A stretch of DNA of 64,000 nucleotides from the human T2T-CHM13v2.0 reference genome, Homo sapiens. The notes below the pieces were generated by a model. That model searched no databases. It had not been told where the DNA came from and saw only the letters and a list, made by a program, of their open reading frames with translations. Where the stretch lies: assembly GCF_009914755.1 (NCBI RefSeq), contig NC_060929.1; one strand, 5' to 3'. Each line of letters opens with the position of its first letter. Position 1 is the stretch's first letter. The translations under genes and the position numbers were made by a program. Shown here piece after piece: positions 1-12,862 of this stretch.

Positions 1-34
1 CGTCTCCTACCTGGAGAACATTCCTGCCCTATAA

Positions 35-175
35 TAGGATTTCTCAACATTGTTACTATTGACATTTGGGGTAGATAATTCTTTGTTGTGGGGGCTTGTT
101 TCTGTGCACCATAGGATGTTTAGCAACGTCTCGGACCTCTGCCTATCAGATGCCAGTAGCACCCACCCACCTACT
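35..175 (-). mobile_element. MER20 (hAT-Charlie MITE) fragment
   Basis: ttctcaac..actattgacatttggg..gataattctttgttgtggggg..aggatgtttagca..agatgccagtagcacc matches recalled MER20 consensus. Confidence 0.8.
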
Positions 176-351
176 TAAGATAGCTAAGGTCCCTTTGCCC
201 AGCACCTCTCTGGCCTCCTGCTTCACTGCTTTAACTCTTTGCAGATGCTACCAGCTCTAGGTCAGGCATGACAGATCCATCTTGCCAGCTATGCTGTAGA
301 CTTCTTGCTATCAGTGACCCTGATTGCACATACATGTTAAGATACAGGTGA

Positions 352-792
<441 letters not shown>

Positions 793-1202
793 TAAAGTGG
801 ATCTCCAAAACATGTAAGCTCCAGAACCCACAAAACCTGGCTCCATCTCTGGGCAGTCATCTGAACATAGTTCATGCAATCTACAGCGAGACTATTATCA
901 GTGTGGTGGGTGTCAGCATTTCACATGCCCCGCTCTCCAACCTAGCTCATATCACTCACCCCTGACTGCCTTCCTCTTCCTGAAATATGCCATTTTATTT
1001 CATTTTGATGGTAGTAGTGCAGTGGGACAGGGGAGAGACTTGTGTTACTCATTAGAGCATGTTTTGTAAGGGAAAAGTCATATCTGTCTGGCACTGCTTT
1101 GTATCAAGCACAGTGCCTGGTACTGGTATGTGGAGGGCACTTAATAATTAGTTTTTATTAAATTCATAAAACAGTAAAGCCTAACATGTACTGATTACTA
1201 AT

Positions 1203-1388
1203 CAGTGGTTTTCAAAGTGTGGTTCCTGGACCAGTAACAGCAGTGGCATTTGCTAACTAGTTAGAAATGCAAATTATCAGGCCCTACCATAGACCTACCA
1301 AATCAGAAATGCCGGGATGGGGCCCAGAATTCTGTATTTTCACAAGTCCTCTGGGTGAGTTTAAGGATGCTAAAGTCTGAGAACTATT
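1203..1388. mobile_element. MER5A (hAT-Charlie)
   Basis: cagtggttttcaaagtgtggttcctggaccag..ttagaaatgcaaatt..aatcagaaa..tctgtatttt..aaagtctgagaacta. Confidence 0.85.
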
Positions 1389-1469
1389 CTAACAGATAGT
1401 GGCAGGTTTTTACATATGCTATTCTATATAATCCTCCAAGAGAAATTCTCCAAGGTAAACATTATCATC

Positions 1470-1614
1470 ATTATTATTACTATCTCACAGATTTCAAGAC
1501 TGAGACTCAGAAAAGTGATTTCACCTCTATTCAACACAATAAGCAAGTAGAAAAGGCAGGATTTGAGTTCTGGAGTACCTGACTTCAAAACCCATCTTCT
1601 TTCAACTATAGCAC
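1470..1614 (-). mobile_element. MIR SINE
   Basis: actgagactcagaaaag..ggcaggatttga..ctgacttcaaaaccca, reverse of the MIR core. Confidence 0.7.
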
Positions 1615-2704
1615 ATTTCTTCTGGTGGGAGTTTCCAAAATAATTTATGTCAAATCCCTTTGCAAAACAAGTCAAAGTACTATGTGACTGTGTGACAGTT
1701 TTATTAATAGCAATAGTAATAACCGCCATCATAATGAATATGTTCGGGCATGTTCCTATTGTGCTCGGCCTGAGAATGGTGATATCCTGACATGGCTTTT
1801 TGGGGACCCTTCTGAAAGGGTTAATCCACCTCCCAGAAGCCCTGACTTCCTCCCAGTGAGTCACTCAGGCACAGAGGAGCCCAGGTACGTGGGTGTAATA
1901 ACACACGCAGAGCAGCAGGCACGCACACACGTGCGCATCCCTACCGGGAGTGAAATGAAAATAGAAACGGAAAGCAAAACCCCTTCCCTTGGTGCCTATC
2001 TCTCCCTGTCACCTGTCATCAATCTTAGAGACCACATTTCTGTGGGCAAATGAGATTCTCTCAATCTATCGCATGTGGCTTTTTGGAACACTGGTCGAAT
2101 GTCTAGCAGTGCACTTTCTGTGAATGCTTTGTGTCCTGTATGGGTTTTACCATCAGGCACTGAAGTCTGTGGTTGGAGAAAGAATAATACAAAGAAAAGC
2201 AGAAAAGTAAGATAACTGGCTATTTATATCTGCTCTGTCGGAAGTGGTGACAGGTATAATTACTGAGTAGAAATTACAGGGCTGATTCCAGTGGTGTTCC
2301 TCCTGCTGTTTTCGGGAAGATAAAAGATTGAAAGTGTTCCTGACATCTCCTCAAAGAGAGGGTGCTTCGGCATGCACTTCCATTTATTTTCAGATTGATT
2401 AAAAGCAATTTCCTGTTGTTCGTAGTTGAACTAAGATGCCTTCCTGGTCCCCTCAAATCAGTGAAACCTCTTTGTCGGGGGAGCTCTTTCCTGAGCTCCA
2501 CTCTCCCTCCATTAGCCCCCTCCCCCCAGGACTTGTGTCCAGGGTCTTTCCTATCAAGAGAAAAATAAGCTATTAAATAAATTCACATGAAAGTGTTACT
2601 GATTTAATGGACTATGATCCCAGGGGTATTTACAATTAAAAAGCAAAGGAACATAAGGTAAAATCCCATGACATTAAAGCTGCAAGGAGCTTAAAAATGA
2701 TCTA

Positions 2705-2880
2705 ACTTTTTCTCAAACTGAACCAATTAGCACAATTACCTATTCCCTGTGGACACTGATCTTTCCCCAGAACCCACCCAGGCTTCATGAGTCAGACTCT
2801 CCTGGGGTCACACGTGGGAATTTGTAATTTTCTGAAGCCCCCTGGGCCATTTTGGTCACTAGACAGGTTTAGGGAGCCCC
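2705..2880. mobile_element. MER5B-like hAT fragment
   Basis: ttctcaaactg..cccacccag..gagtcagactct..aagcccccctgg pattern, highly diverged. Confidence 0.45.
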
Positions 2881-2924
2881 TTAATTCACAGGTGGAGGAA
2901 ATGAACAGAGCAGAGAACAGACAA

Positions 2925-3265
2925 GTGTCAAGAGAGTGGGAGGCACTGGGCTACAAATGTGAGGGGTGCCAAAAAGCCCAGTCATCAGATAAATAATATT
3001 CTAACACAATAGTTTAAAACCATCAAATTTAATGCCAAAAAATCCATGATGAAGAAAATATCAATTTTAAATAAAGACAGATCTGTATCATTGATTTTTT
3101 TTTTTCTTATTTCTCAGGCTTCAGTAGGGCTCAACCTGGCACCATTACTGATTATTTGCTTTAAATACTGCTTCACAATATTATTTATCTTGATTATCTT
3201 GAGGAGTTTTTTTGGTGCCACCTAAATTTTACACCCAAGGGAAGTACCTCCCTCACCTCACCATT
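2925..3265. mobile_element. MER96B-like palindromic hAT-Tip100 MITE
   Basis: Long inverted arms (ggtgccaaaaa..agataaataatatt / aatattatttatct..tttttggtgcc..aaatttt) plus aaaaaatccatgatgaa..aaataaagacag. Confidence 0.75.
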
Positions 3266-4196
3266 TATTTGGGCAAATACTGAAATGTAATGGCTGTGAT
3301 GACATATACAACCTGTAGAAGTGATTTGTTTTAAAGTAGGGAGATTTAATGTTTTTATAAATTACACCTAACTGTGAAAAATCTGATTTTTTTTTTCAAT
3401 AGGCCCTTTATGATATCAACTGGCTAAAGCTGAGTGGCTGCTGTTCCCTTTGCCACTGGGCAAGGACATTTTGACACAGGCAACACCACCTCTCCTGTGT
3501 CTGCCCTAACTGGCCTGTGGGCATGTGATTTTTGTGATCCCCGATATAGCAGAAGACAACACACAGGAGCCGTGGAAGGATAGTGCTTAGTGCATTGCAG
3601 CCATTTATTCAACAGCTACAGATAGGTATGTATACTTTCAATAGGATAAACTCTAACCAAACAAGGCCTCTCTGATATCATGGAACATCACCTCTGCCTC
3701 GCTCCTTCCTTCCATTTCTTGCCCCGACATGCAAGTTCCATCTTACCCCAAGCTCTGAAACCAATATTTTCAAGTGGGGAAATTAACGACAAGGAAGGTA
3801 GCCAATTCTGTTATACATGGGTTTGTTTCCTTTATTGAACTTGTACCTGCAAACTTCCAACTCAGTGTCTGAATTTTCTGGAAGTGGAGAATTGGCTTAG
3901 ACTTTTTTCCTGGTTCCTAATTCCTTCCCCTTTGTTTCTATGCCTGGGGCCTCAGCACTCCAGGTACTGGGTGTTCCTGTCATGTGGATACTGGAGATTT
4001 GGCCCTGGCCCTTCAAGCTGTTGCCAGACATTTATGGAGTGCTTTTGGGATGCAAGGCACCAGTGCTACAACATTTTACACGACGGAATTGCTACCTTTG
4101 TGGAGATTTTAATCCATGGGGAGATGAATTAATACATAGGGTCTCACCATAGTGACTCACTGTATTCTCCAACAAACTCTTTTTGCTAACTTCTCT

Positions 4197-4415
4197 CAGA
4201 GCTTGCAAACTCAAGTGCCTACAGGGCAGGGCATAGGGCATAGTGCAAATTAATGAAGGAAGCTAAAAGTAAAATGAAAGATGATATTAGGTACCGTAGA
4301 GAAATAGAGTACTTTCCCCATTGATGACATTCAAGTTCCACATAAAAAATATGTGGAGACCAAGCAAGATACATTTGCTGAATTTTGCTTCAGAGTCACC
4401 ACTTTGAAACCCCTG
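4197..4415. mobile_element. hAT-Charlie MITE (MER103C-like)
   Basis: Termini cagagcttgcaaactcaagtgcctacaggg ... actttgaaacccctg. Confidence 0.55.
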
Positions 4416-4614
4416 CCTAGAGCCTTACTTCTTGCTGTAGCTTTGGCTGTGCTTCCCTGACCCTGGTCTGCTGGTTCTGCTGACCCCCTCCTGTTACATC
4501 TTCCCCACAGCCAGCAGCTGGCTTTTCCCCAAGCAACTCACCTATCCCAATATCCAGGCAGCCCTAGACCTGACTGTAGATCAAGTCTCCAAGCCAACCA
4601 ACACCAGCCCCATG

Positions 4615-5200
4615 GTAGGTATCATTAAATTTTGTTGTGCTATGGATGAGTTTGGCAGGATGATGAAGCCATGGACCCATTCTCATAGCAATGTTCCTAA
4701 CACTTTAATTAAAAGACATGATTACAATGGAAATCAAATATATTGAAATATAGATGTAAATCTTAAAAATAATAAATTTGAAAATGGTAATATGTGTACT
4801 GCCTTATTAATGAGTTCAGTAACAAGGTTTAGTAGTTTGTCTATAACTACATACTGGTAGTATATTCATAGACATAGACACACTGCTATGACATACTGGT
4901 ATGTCTATAGGCATACTACCAGTGTGTAGTTATAGACATACTACTGAACTTGTCATTCATTTCAAAGTAGCTCTGAACATAAAAAAAAGTTGAGATAACT
5001 GCAATATGATATAAAAATATCTGTGATTTCTATTGGTAGAATACTGCCAGTGGTACTAAGGCCTATTGTTTATATTCATAATTGAAGGAAATCTAAATTT
5101 CAGTTAGAGATGAATAAAATTAAAGCTGTAATATTGTTGCCATTTCAGTTCATGGGCCTCTGAAATTCTACCTAAGATGCTTTGGAGGTCCGTGGAAAAG
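4615..5200. mobile_element. MER119 (hAT-Charlie) carrying an internal inverted duplication
   Basis: tttggcag..tgaagccatggaccc..; aaaatatctgtgatttctattggt..attcataattgaaggaaat..aaatttcagttagag..ggtccgtgga. Confidence 0.75.
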
Positions 5201-5349
5201 AAACTTTGACCTAAAACAACAATTCCCAAAGTGTGCTACAAGGCACTGCAGACCTTCGGAGCCCAAAAAAACATCAGGCACATTGGCAATGCTGACTTCA
5301 GTTTTCTTTGAATTAGACTAAAGGTGACCAGTGGGATGTTAAATAAATA

Positions 5350-5800
5350 ACATAGCTGTAGCATTCTCATACACTGTTTGTGAGAGTATAAATTGGTAAA
5401 CCTTGATCGTTTGGCTTTGTGCTCCAAAAGGCTTCAATGATGCCAAAGGCCGTTTGAGCCAGCAATTCCACTTCTAGCATTTATTCCAAGAAACCAATGA
5501 GATATGTGTGCAAAGCTTAAAACACAAAAATGTTCATACCCAGCTGTGCAAGAAATAGTATTCTGTCAATAAATTATGTAAATTCGTGATTATTGATATA
5601 AAAATAGGACAAACATGAAGTAAAAGCAGTATGAGGCAAATAAAAATAATTTCATATGCATATATTTACACAGAAAAAAGTTTGGAAGGATATACACTAA
5701 CTCTTTCCTAGTGGTACTTTCTGGTGATTTAATGATCCTTTGGTCTATTCATTTTCCTATGATTTTTTTTTCTTGCAATGAAAGTAAATAAATAGAAAAA
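5350..5800 (+). mobile_element. Old L1ME 3' fragment
   Basis: attctcatacactg..tataaattggt..tttgagccagcaattccacttctag.. Confidence 0.6.
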
Positions 5801-5889
5801 ATTGTGGAAGGGAGCATAAATGTTGTCATATTGAGTACTTATTTACTCTGTTTTGGGAGATATTTCCTGAGAAAAATTTCTGTGTATAT

Positions 5890-7110
5890 ATATTCTTATC
5901 ATTCAAAAGCTAGGTGCCAATCATTATTCTAGATACTAAGGATGCAAAATTGAATAAGATAAACAAGGTGCTTTATCTCATGGAATTTACTTTTCAGTGC
6001 AGAAGGCAGACAATTATCTAACCAGCACATGCATAAACAACAATGTATTGGGCAGAGATAAATGCCTTGAAAAAAAAAAAAAAACAAGTTGAGGCAATAA
6101 GGAATAGATGAGGCAAGGAAGATGTCTCTAAGTTGACAGCCAGGCCTTTCATGGAAGTAAAATGTAAGTAGAAAGACAGCAAGAGCCAGCCCTAATTAGA
6201 TCTGGACTAGGGAGGAGGAAAGCAGATTCAAGATTCTAGGGCAGGAATGAACTTGGTATATTTGATGAAGAGAAAGAAGATCAGCATGTCTAGAATGCTG
6301 TGGAAGAGGCAGAAAATGGCACCAGATGACAATTGGAGTAGTCAAGAGCCAAATTAGCTAGGGTCTTGAGACTATGATAAAGAGTTTGGATGCTATTCTG
6401 TGTGGTAGATGGAAATAGTGCTCAAAATTATTTGCTCCATCTACAAATAACTCATAAAAAAATCATACCCTTGAGAGAACCCCATGGTGGGAAGAAGAGA
6501 GAGCCTCTTGAATTTGGGCTTAGCCATGTGACCTCCTTGGGCCAATGGCCTGTTGGCAGACATGACACAACACAGGACTTTGAAATGTGCTTGTGCAATT
6601 GGATTTGCTCTTGGGCTTCTGCCATTGCCATGAGAAGAATACACTTGAGGTGGCCCACTGGCCCCAAAAGAAGGAGAGACATGCCAAGCAGACCTGAACC
6701 AAACCTACAGCCTGGAACCAAGCCCAGTTTAGTCCAATCAAGATCTGCAGAACTACTCATCCAACTCACAAGCATGTGAGTGAGAAGAAATGGATGTCAC
6801 TTTAAGTCGCTGAACTATGGGGTAGTTTGTTACGCAACATTATTGCCCCAATAGCTGATTAATACAAGGAGCAATGGGAAGGTACTGAAGGTTATTAAGC
6901 AGAGCACTGGCAAGATCTGATTTACATTTTAAAAATTAATTTGGCTGCTGTGTGAAGAATGGATTGCAAAGGTAAGAGTAGAAATAGGGGGAACAACTGA
7001 AAACCTAATATGTTTGTCCTGGTAAGAGATGATGACAGTGCAATTTATTGCAATGGCAATGACCAGGAAAGGAGAAACTAAAACAGCAGGAGAGGGTCCT
7101 TGATGACAGG
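5890..7110 (-). mobile_element. L2 LINE fragment interrupted by the MLT1I LTR
   Basis: taggtgcca..attctagatact..gaataaga..ctcatggaatttac; resumes after 6866 with caatgggaag..actgaagg..gatctgatttacattttaaaa. Confidence 0.7.
6401..6866 (+). mobile_element. MLT1I-like MaLR solo LTR
   Basis: tgtggtag start; gccatgtgac..ggccaatgg..gccatgagaagaa..gcagacctgaacc; ends gtttgttacgcaacattatt..atagctgattaataca. Confidence 0.8.
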
Positions 7111-7626
7111 TAGCCACTAATGAGTGGAAACCTAACTTTACAAGAGAGCTTACTCCACTTACAGACACCTTTAGTTGCCAGTCCCTCCCTCTGGAACTGA
7201 GATACCCTTCTTGAAGCTTTCACTCATTAATAGCGGTGTTTCCCATGGGGCCATAAAGAACAAAGTTTCTTCATCATCCATAAGATTTGCCTCTATATTT
7301 GAAAGTAGTTTGGGCTCTAGCTTCCTTCTAAAGCCTTTTCTTCTGAGTTGAACATTCATGTTCCTTTCCATCATTTCTTACATATCCATCCTCCCCTGGG
7401 TATGTGTCAGGTGGGCCATACTTCTCATATAACCTTGTAGGTGTTTATGTGTCCCATGCACTGCAAAAGCAGGTGCTGTTATGTATAATACACCTTGCAG
7501 TGTCTAGAACTATGCCCTCCACATAGGAGCAACTAGCTGAATGTTCGATAAATTGAATTAACATATTTGAAGACAGCTATTATGTCATTTTCTTAGTCTG
7601 CTCATTCCCCATTCACTTGACCTAGG

Positions 7627-7726
7627 TTGAGAAAGAGACTAGTTTCTCTTTCTCAAAAGAGAAAGTGACTAGTTTCTCTTTCTCAAAAGAGAAAGTGACT
7701 AGTTTCTCTTTCTCAAAAGAGAAAGT
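7627..7726. repeat. 30-bp tandem repeat, about 3.2 copies, self-complementary unit
   Basis: gaaag(a/t)gactagtttctctttctcaaaaga repeated three times, read directly. Confidence 0.95.
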
Positions 7727-8439
7727 CATAAAACTGAAACTAAGCTGATATTTCACTTTGAATGAGATGTGAGAACCTAGGTAGAAATCCTAAAAATGTA
7801 GTACACTGGAGAAATTTCCCAAAATGATAAAAAGGGAGGTCAGGATATTTTTTTCCCGCAATTCCTCTCTTTTCTTTGGTTCTATTGGGAATCGTGTTGC
7901 TTTGTTACCTAGCAACACTGAGCCTGTCACTGGGCAATTTACAACTACTTCTCATTTGTCAAAATTTGCCTAATCAGATCTGATAATGAATAAAATCTGC
8001 ACACAATCAACTAACTTCTGTTTGTAATTAGAATCCCTCTCCATCAGGGGAAGGACATTAATAGTCTTTCACCTTGCATGTGTTGATTTGTGTTTTTTTT
8101 TTTTTTTGTCATTTTCTAACATGCTACCCCTCACCACTTTACATGTTTCAATCTGTTTTGATTCCCTTTGACAAAATTCCATCTTTTGTTGTGAGTTGCT
8201 ATCAATCCAGGTGTCTTTGGATGAAATTTGTAGGTCATCTCTTCTTATCTGCTCTGAGCATATCATCTGTGCAAGGTGACTTAGTTTAGTGGTATACGTC
8301 TTATGTTTAACATAGCATCTTGCTTCCTTTCTAGCATGCCAACAGCTTTGCCTACTCAAGTCAATGCCATGAACATTTCTTATTATGCATCATAGTGTAC
8401 ATGAGTGGTTTTGTGTGTCTATCATCACTCCCCCCTCAC

Positions 8440-9090
8440 TCTGTTAAAATAAATCCTATTCCTTTGGGGATTCCAACCATAAAGTTATAGTTTGGGCTGA
8501 AACCCAGAATTTCTATGACCAAAGGTATATTTGGTCATAGAAACAGGCAGTAAAAAAAAAATGCCTACTATTGTAGCCTCATTTCCTGGTTACGGTCCTT
8601 GGTTCAGGATGGGCCCACTACACAAGATCAGTCTTTTGGGAGTTGTCCAAGTGAAGGCTACATAAAAGGTCTTTTTTCTTCTCATCTCTTAAAATAAAGT
8701 GATATAAGCCCAGTATTTCCTGTGGCCATATACTTTGTTGTGAGAAAAAGGGCCATCTGCAATATAGACAATACAGACAATATAGAGAATACAGCCAACA
8801 TAGAAGGGCAGAGAAAAGAGGTTCAGGGTCATATAAAGACAACCAATGGAAAAGAAACAGAGAGAGAGAATAAGAGCATGAAGAGAATGAGAGGCAGAGA
8901 AAGGGAAGGGAGGGGGAGAAGAGAGGGAGAGATAGAATATGAGAGAGAATGTTGTTGGCATTTCAGCCCCTGTTTCCAGTCACTGAGGGTGCAAAGTTGC
9001 CTTCTTTGATTGTGTGATATAGATATACCAGTATTCTTCTTGTAAAGCCCGTATTTTCTTTAAGCATATTCAATTTGAGTTCTTCTCAAA
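8440..9090 (+). mobile_element. Old MaLR LTR (MLT1K/L-like) with internal GA-rich tract and a 9-bp tandem at 8761-8805
   Basis: gagaatacagccaacatagaagggcagag.. motif; heavily diverged. Confidence 0.45.
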
Positions 9091-9159
9091 TCTACTTTCT
9101 TATACAATTATATAATTCATAACCCCACAAAGTTGTAAAGCAATCTTTTATTAATAAAA

Positions 9160-10580
9160 AGACCTTTCACATGTCCTATCTTATTGGACACTCATAACAA
9201 TCCTCAACTCCTTGGAAGTAAGTTACCATGGAGGAAATTGTACCCATTTCACAGATGAAAACACAGAAGTACAGAAAAATTACTTGTTATTTGATTATAC
9301 AGTTAGTGAGGACAGTACTTCTGACTCTTAGTCTAGTGTTCTGTACAATACAGCAGTTTTCTCTCCAACCACACTGCGTCCGCTAACTATGAAGCAGAGT
9401 GAGAGCAGCTGTGGAACTACAGAGGAACATATGGTTCAGTAGCTTGCCTGACACTCAAGAAATTTTATCTAATTGGGGAGATATGATGGATTCAGATACA
9501 ATGGTAACTAAAAATGCAAAGATCAGCTTCATGTAGACAGAACTGAAGTAATTACTAAAGCAGTCCTGGGCTGGGGTCATCAAAAAAGAAGGAGTTCAGA
9601 TAGGCAGAAAGAGGAAAAGGGCATTCTAGGTGCCAGAAACAACATGGGCAAAGGAGCAGACATGGTGTGCCGTGGGAACACATCTGGCTTGAGGAGAGAG
9701 TGTTGCCAATTTTGCCTTCTAATTATAGCTCTAACCCTTCCATTTTTCTTCTCCTCCACGGCCATCACTCTGATCCTTTCATCTTTCACCAGGACTATTG
9801 CAGTAGCCCCTAGCTATTCTTCCAACATCCTCTCTTGCATTGCAATCCACTTATTGCATTGCAACCCAAGTGATATTTGAAAAAGTCAAATCTGAGTGTC
9901 CTTGAAAAAGACCACCACTAAGTGTCCTCTGCTCACCAAGCTCCAGCCACACTGACTGTCTTCCAGGTGATACAAAGCATCCAGCCCTCTCTGGCCACAG
10001 GGAATCTACACTGATTGATTTCTCTGCCTGCAATGTTTCTCTCTCTGTATTCATTTCTTCATTCATTTATTCAAAGAATAATAATTGATTTTTATGCACC
10101 AGAGAGGCAGGCTTAAGACAGTCATTAAGAACAAGGATTATGAAACCAAATTGCTATGTTGAAACCTGGTTCTGAGACTTACCTCCTGTGTGACCTTTAG
10201 CAAGTTCTTGAGATTCTGTTTCCATTGTATTGTAATCTCATGTGGCTGAAGCTTAAATGAGTATAAAGCAAGGCAGATATCAACAATGAACATAGAAAGG
10301 GCTGTATGAGTTTTTGTCATAATTATTGTAGCTGAATTCTACCTACTTTCAGGATGTTCGGGTAGATGTATGTTCCTTCTCTAAGCCCTAGGACTAGGCT
10401 AGGCCAACACTCTCTGAACTCACTCTGTTTTTCATTTATTAAACTCATTTTACTTTAGTCCCTTTTTCTTGTTGGATTATAAATCCCACAAAGGCAAGAA
10501 TCACATCTATTTTGCTCACCAATTTACTGAAATGTTCTAGTATAATGGCTGGTTCAGAATAGGAGTTAAATCTATTATTT
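9160..10580. mobile_element. Cluster of MIR (9160-9360 -, 10105-10330 +) and L2 fragments
   Basis: cccatttcacagatgaagacacagaag; ctgtgtgacctttagcaagtt; caccaggactattgcagtagcc; cattcatttattcaa. Confidence 0.65.
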
Positions 10581-11952
10581 ATTTTTGAGAAAATCAAGAT
10601 CAAAATGATCATTTCTGTGAAAGCTATGAAAAACAAATTGGGATTTCACCTGTGTACAATGGTGCTTTTCTGAATTTGGAAAAGATATGGGGACTATTTC
10701 ACTTTAGGGAGTTTGATACCCATAGCACTTGCATCTTAAAGGTGATCTTGCCAGCCCTTGGTAACACCTGAAAGAGTGATAATCCAAACAGCTTCCGAGA
10801 TGTTTGCCTCCCCCATCTGAGGACATCTGGGTCAACCTGTGACTCATGTTAATGGGAGGGATATGACAGGGGCCCATTGAGACCAAGGCCTTATAAAATA
10901 TTACAAAAGATATCATGAAAGCCAGGCCAAGGCATGAGGACCTATACTCACAGGAAGGGCCAGGTGGATTTTTAAATGTTAGAGCAAAATAGCCTCACTG
11001 TTTCCAGGCAGAGGGCATAGCAGCTTAAAAAATGAGACTGAAAGGCATTTAAATGGGACTCAGGGACCATAAATCACCTAGGAGGGAGCAAACAGAAAGA
11101 CTCACGTTGCTCTCACTCTTATGCCCCACAATCAGGATGGAGCCCATTAAACCTCCGACTCAATTACAGCCATTTCTTGCATGTAATGTTGCCCAGATAA
11201 AAAGATCTTCTTGGTGATAGGAAAGTATGTGCCTTGCTATGGACTAATGAAAATTCCATGATTGGAAGCTAATACACCTGCTATGTTCCCCTCATCTGCT
11301 GCACAGCATTCATTCATCAGACAACAATTTGCCCACTGCCCCCTAGGCCACATGTGGGTGCTGGAAATGGCATGGTGAGCTCATTCTCCTTGGGAATGTC
11401 ATATTATCATTAGATGCTTAGACATGTGAAGGGAGGGAAGCCCAGCTGGTCCTAAGCTACGGCCACAGCAAGGCTCAAAGAAGGTTGGAACTGATCTGAC
11501 AAATTAATTACTTAAAATCATTGGGATATCTTAAACTACTGAGAAGTCTCCTGGGAAAGAGACATTCAGTTAAACAACAAATCAAGCCCCAGTGAGTAGA
11601 GGGGAGTGGGCAATTCTTAACATAATGCGCATCCTCCACCAACTTTGTGTTCTCATCCAGCCCACCGTGGACCCATGCCTGAGTCCCTAGGAAGGGAGTG
11701 GGGAAATGGTGTGAGTCAAAACTGAAAGAAGAGTGTTCACTAAAACTCTAAGCCTTTGAGGCACAGGCAGTATTTCCTTTATTCCCATGTCACTGAAGTC
11801 TTGTAGAAGCCCTCTCCATCTGAGCCATTACTTGGTCCAGCACATCCAGAGAATCAGTGATTACAGCCCTTGGGCACCTCCTGGGAGCTGGAGCACCTAA
11901 GGTAAGGTACACCACAGAGACTGCTGCAGTGACTTGGGAAAAGGCCTATGAG

Positions 11953-12861
11953 CCGTGCTGTGTTGGTAAATGTGTAACAACTGGCTCTTCTGGAAAAGAA
12001 AATTTGTATGTGTATATGGAAAACATAAGTTCAATAAAAGTGTTATATATATATTAAGAATGCATCATACAATTTATAATTAATAAAAAAATACAATATT
12101 CTTTACAATAAATTCTATATAGCCAGTTAATCCTCACAAAATGCATTTGTTTGATTTTTGTGGAACTGTTGTTTCCGTAACCAACTTATGATTGTAGTTG
12201 ACAAATGACTGCAGTTCTGAGCTGAATATTAGTTGTTATTTTCCTTATGCTAATGAGTAAAATGAAAGTGAAACAAGCAAGAAAAAACCTTAAGAGTAAG
12301 AACTTCACTCATTTGTTAATAACTGTTTCTTTAATGAATTGGATCATAGTTTTTGAATATTAGAAGAATATTTCCTCAAATTGTTAAATTTTATTCACCA
12401 TGTAATGACTATATACATGATACACTTATAATCTTCATTATTGACATTTTCTTTATCATTTTAAGTCAAGACAATCAATGAAACAATAAATCAAGCCCTG
12501 ATTTGTAGAGTTTGCCAGTTTCCATGATGAATTTACTCCCAGCATTGCCAATTTCAAGCTACCAATGTGATGTCACTGGATGTAAAATAGGGAGTGCAAT
12601 GCACTGCACACTACTCTACAGTTTAATATTGTCACGGAGAAACAACCAACATATATAACCTCAGGGGCATAGATAATAGTAAAACGTAGCAAAGTAATTA
12701 GGCAATGATGACTTTCAAGTATTTGTATCTTTATGTTTAGTATATTGATTTGTGAGTATATTATTTTAATTTAAATAATGACTATGCTTAACAATCCCCT
12801 TACAAAATTCCTAGAAATGTAACAATCAGCTCCAATATGAACTGGCTCTAGCACACTGCTG
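11953..12861 (-). mobile_element. MER63C/D (hAT-Blackjack) non-autonomous element
   Basis: Termini ccgtgctgtgttggtaaatgtgtaacaactggctc ... aacaatcagctc..actggctctagcacactgctg; about 0.9 kb. Confidence 0.75.
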
Positions 12862-12862
12862 A

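Noticed and set aside
2362-2377. gtgcttcggcatgcac resembling the U6 snRNA 5' UUCG hairpin
   Set aside because: Similarity is limited to about 12 nt; the downstream U6 body (ACAGAGA box etc.) is absent.
2925-3265. Long inverted repeat as a novel hairpin
   Set aside because: Explained by the intrinsic palindromic structure of the MER96B-like MITE.
7627-7726. CRISPR-like palindromic 30-bp repeats
   Set aside because: Units are directly adjacent with no unique spacers, there are no cas genes, and the context is primate DNA; it is a minisatellite.
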